Assembly: GCA_041746575.1 (NCBI GenBank)
Contig: JBGTGT010000116.1
Location: forward strand, 1-64,000
From: Microcystaceae cyanobacterium
Lineage (GTDB): Bacteria; Cyanobacteriota; Cyanobacteriia; Cyanobacteriales; Microcystaceae
DNA length: 64,000 nucleotides
Reading direction: 5' to 3'
Below, in pieces: positions 61,452-64,000 of this stretch (position 1 is the first letter of the stretch; every line of letters begins with the position of its first letter). The translations under genes and the position numbers were made by a program. The notes beneath the pieces are model-generated. The model ran no database searches. It had not been told where the DNA came from and was given only the letters and a program-made list of their open reading frames with translations.

Positions 61452-63464
61452 ATGTTTCAGTCCGCCTCCTCGTCTCCCCTCGATACCTTTCTCGTCTGTG
61501 GTTTAGGCAGTTTAGGACAGCATTGTGTGTTAGCGTTGAAGGAATTTGAGATTAAAATCGTTGCCATTGAGCAAAATAAACCCAAAATCTGGGAAATACC
61601 CCAAGTTCCATCCTTAATTGACTCCTTATTGATTGGCGATTGTCGGCAAGTTTCTATCCTACAACAAGCGAACATTGATCGATGTCGATCTGCCTTACTT
61701 GTTACGACGAGCGAGCAAGTGAATGTCGAAACGGCTCTAGCGATTCGTCAACTAAACCCTCATACTCGTTTGGTGATGCGATCGGCAAAAGATAACCTAA
61801 ATGAACTATTATCGGACTATTTAGGCAATTTTATCGCCTATGAACCCACTCAACTCCCTGCAACTGCCTTTACCTTAGCTGCATTAGGAACAGAAACCAA
61901 AGGAATGTTTACCCTTGATGGGGAAAGACTACAAGTCATTCAACGACGGATTTTATCCCAAGACCGTTGGTGTAAAACTCGACTTCTGCACGAGTTACAA
62001 AGTCGAAATCGCCGCCTTCTGATGGTCAATGGCAATTTTGATCTCTCTTTAACTAATTTTCACCAATGGATGCCAAATGCGACGGTACAAGCGGGAGATA
62101 TAATAACCTATATTGAGATGGTGGATACTTCTTATTTACAACCTTTCACTTCTTATGCCAAAAACGACCGAGAAACCTCTGAAAATCCTCTAAATTTCCG
62201 GCAAAAAGTTCATAAAATCAAAAACTTCTGGCAAAATACTTGGCACCATAACGTCAGACAACAAGGTCGTCGAGTAGCGGTTATTTGCGGTTTAAGCGTT
62301 CTTATGTTATGGATAATTGGTACAATATTACTGCTAGTAACCTACAAAGGAACAACGCCTCTGTCAGCATTTTCTGCGACCGCTATTCTCTTATTAGGGG
62401 GCTATGCCGATTTATTTGGTGAATTCCAAGAAATAGATAGTATTCCCCCATGGTTACAGCTATTTAGCCTAGGAATGACCCTTGCAGGAACAGCTTTTGT
62501 CGGAGTATTATACGCCCTTCTGACGGAGACATTATTGTCAGCTAAGTTTAACTTTACGCCGAATCGTCCAACTATCCCTCAACAAAATCATATCGTCGTT
62601 GTAGGGACGGGTAGAGTTGGCCAGCGAGTTGCGACGTTATTACAAGATTTTAAACAATCTTTAGTAGTTATTGCGCTACAATCCGATGTTAATGGCAATA
62701 TTTTACCTAATATTCCCTTAATAACAGGAAATCTTCCAGAAACGCTAACGCAAGTTTATCTTCATCAAGCCAAAAGTCTAGTGATTGTCACCGATGACGA
62801 AATTCTCAACCTAGAAGTAGCCTTAATGGCAAAAAGACTCAATCTTGATAGCCATCTAGTGATTCGGACATCAGGATTAGGCTTAAGTCAGCAAATGACT
62901 CAGTTATTGCCAAATGCACAAATTTTAGGGGCGTATGCAGTGGCAGCAGAGGTGTTTGCAGGAGCCGCTTTTGGCGAAAATATTGTTAATCTGTTTCGTT
63001 TAGGCCATCAAACGATTTTGGTAACGGAATACGAAATTGAAGCTAATGATACATTAGACGGATTATTATTATCTGAAGTCGCTTACGGTTACGGTATTGT
63101 ACCCATTTTGCATCAAAAACCCCCATCTAAAGCGATCTTGATGCCTTCTGATGATATTCGTCTTTCTGCTGGTGATCGCATGGTTATTCTGGCGACGAGT
63201 GAAGCCCTACAGCGTATCGAACAAGGAAAACAGAATTTAAGCGAAAAATGCTATTATTTACACGTTGAAAAGGCATTTACCGAAGATAGCATCTTTGAAG
63301 GAGCGAACATTATTGTTCGGATTTCAGGTTGTCCTTTGAATACTGCCAGAACATTAATGAATCATTTACCCAGTTGTCTAGAAATACCTTTATATAAGCA
63401 TCAAGGATTGCGCCTAGTACGAGCGTTAAGCAAAATTCAAGTCAAATCTTGTTTATTGCAATAA
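61452..63464 (+). CDS. potassium-channel-family protein with two TrkA-N/RCK domains
   Basis: VCGLGSLG and VVGTGRVG Rossmann motifs flank a TM-pore-TM segment; TrkA-C domain follows. Confidence 0.85.
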   Translation: MFQSASSSPLDTFLVCGLGSLGQHCVLALKEFEIKIVAIEQNKPKIWEIPQVPSLIDSLLIGDCRQVSILQQANIDRCRSALLVTTSEQVNVETALAIRQLNPHTRLVMRSAKDNLNELLSDYLGNFIAYEPTQLPATAFTLAALGTETKGMFTLDGERLQVIQRRILSQDRWCKTRLLHELQSRNRRLLMVNGNFDLSLTNFHQWMPNATVQAGDIITYIEMVDTSYLQPFTSYAKNDRETSENPLNFRQKVHKIKNFWQNTWHHNVRQQGRRVAVICGLSVLMLWIIGTILLLVTYKGTTPLSAFSATAILLLGGYADLFGEFQEIDSIPPWLQLFSLGMTLAGTAFVGVLYALLTETLLSAKFNFTPNRPTIPQQNHIVVVGTGRVGQRVATLLQDFKQSLVVIALQSDVNGNILPNIPLITGNLPETLTQVYLHQAKSLVIVTDDEILNLEVALMAKRLNLDSHLVIRTSGLGLSQQMTQLLPNAQILGAYAVAAEVFAGAAFGENIVNLFRLGHQTILVTEYEIEANDTLDGLLLSEVAYGYGIVPILHQKPPSKAILMPSDDIRLSAGDRMVILATSEALQRIEQGKQNLSEKCYYLHVEKAFTEDSIFEGANIIVRISGCPLNTARTLMNHLPSCLEIPLYKHQGLRLVRALSKIQVKSCLLQ

Positions 63465-63467
63465 AAC

Positions 63468-63497
63468 AAAAAAAAGGTGAGTTTTTGCCCACCTTTC
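63468..63497 (-). terminator. terminator between the convergent channel gene and ndhJ
   Basis: AAAGGTG/CACCTTT hairpin with an 8-A run, which is the U-tract on the minus strand. Confidence 0.6.
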
Positions 63498-63503
63498 CGT
63501 TAC

Positions 63504-64000
63504 CTAATAAGCATCTTGCATCTCATAAAAATCAGGGGAAATATAATCCTTTCGCATCGGCCAACCTACCCAATCTTCCGGCATTAAAATCCGTTTTAGA
63601 TTCGGATGATTTTCATAGACAATGCCATACATATCATAGCTTTCCCGTTCTTGCCAATCGGCTGCTTTCCAAATCCAATAGACAGAAGGAACAACAGGGT
63701 TATCCCTCGGTAAAAACACTTTTAAACGGACTTCTTGCAGTTGGTCAACCTGATCGGTTACCTTGACTAAATGATAGAAACTGACTAATTCTTGGCCGGG
63801 TCCGAGATCATAAGCCCCCTGACATTGGAGATAATTAAAACCATAGGCATACAATGCTGTCGCCATCGGTAATAAAAATTCTGCTTCGACTTTAATGAGT
63901 TCAATGCCTAAATGGTCAGGTTCTAAAATATCATGATCAAAGCCATTTTCTGTTAACCAAGTTGACACTTCCCCCGCTTGAATAATCGCAGATTCTTCAG
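63504..64000 (-). CDS. ndhJ: NDH-1 subunit J (5' end runs off the window)
   Basis: [25 protein letters not shown] and [17 protein letters not shown]. The frame stays open to the window edge ([14 protein letters not shown]). Confidence 0.96.
   Translation of the reverse strand, partial: EESAIIQAGEVSTWLTENGFDHDILEPDHLGIELIKVEAEFLLPMATALYAYGFNYLQCQGAYDLGPGQELVSFYHLVKVTDQVDQLQEVRLKVFLPRDNPVVPSVYWIWKAADWQERESYDMYGIVYENHPNLKRILMPEDWVGWPMRKDYISPDFYEMQDAY

Overview
A 64-kb chromosomal window from a unicellular (Chroococcales-like) cyanobacterium. Evidence: HIP1 octamers GCGATCGC throughout, atpD-atpC, nirA with an NtcA box, raf1, crtH, ndhJ, PSRP-3 and the pilGHIJ-ycf63 block. Most of the window is core metabolism. 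The accessory highlights are: (1) a GrrP / two-precursor / GrrM (OscB-type) radical-SAM cyclophane RiPP locus at 26.4-29.5 kb, whose precursors carry 7 and 9 aromatic-X-Asn/Asp motifs; (2) an IsaR1-type iron-stress sRNA upstream of crtH, whose seed matches the acnB ribosome-binding site 50 kb away; (3) an AT-rich toxin-antitoxin/defence region around acnB (54-61.4 kb), where several toxins are truncated while antitoxins are intact and modules are separated by a repeated ~35-bp element; (4) a general-stress cluster holding a PsaE with a long C-terminal tail; (5) a histidine-kinase-like protein lacking its phosphoacceptor His, leading a three-kinase run; and (6) several pseudogenes missed or only partly called by the ORF track (DUF29, DUF6887, BrnT x2, YoeB, IS1 remnant). 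Family assignments come from motif recognition only; no database searches were run.
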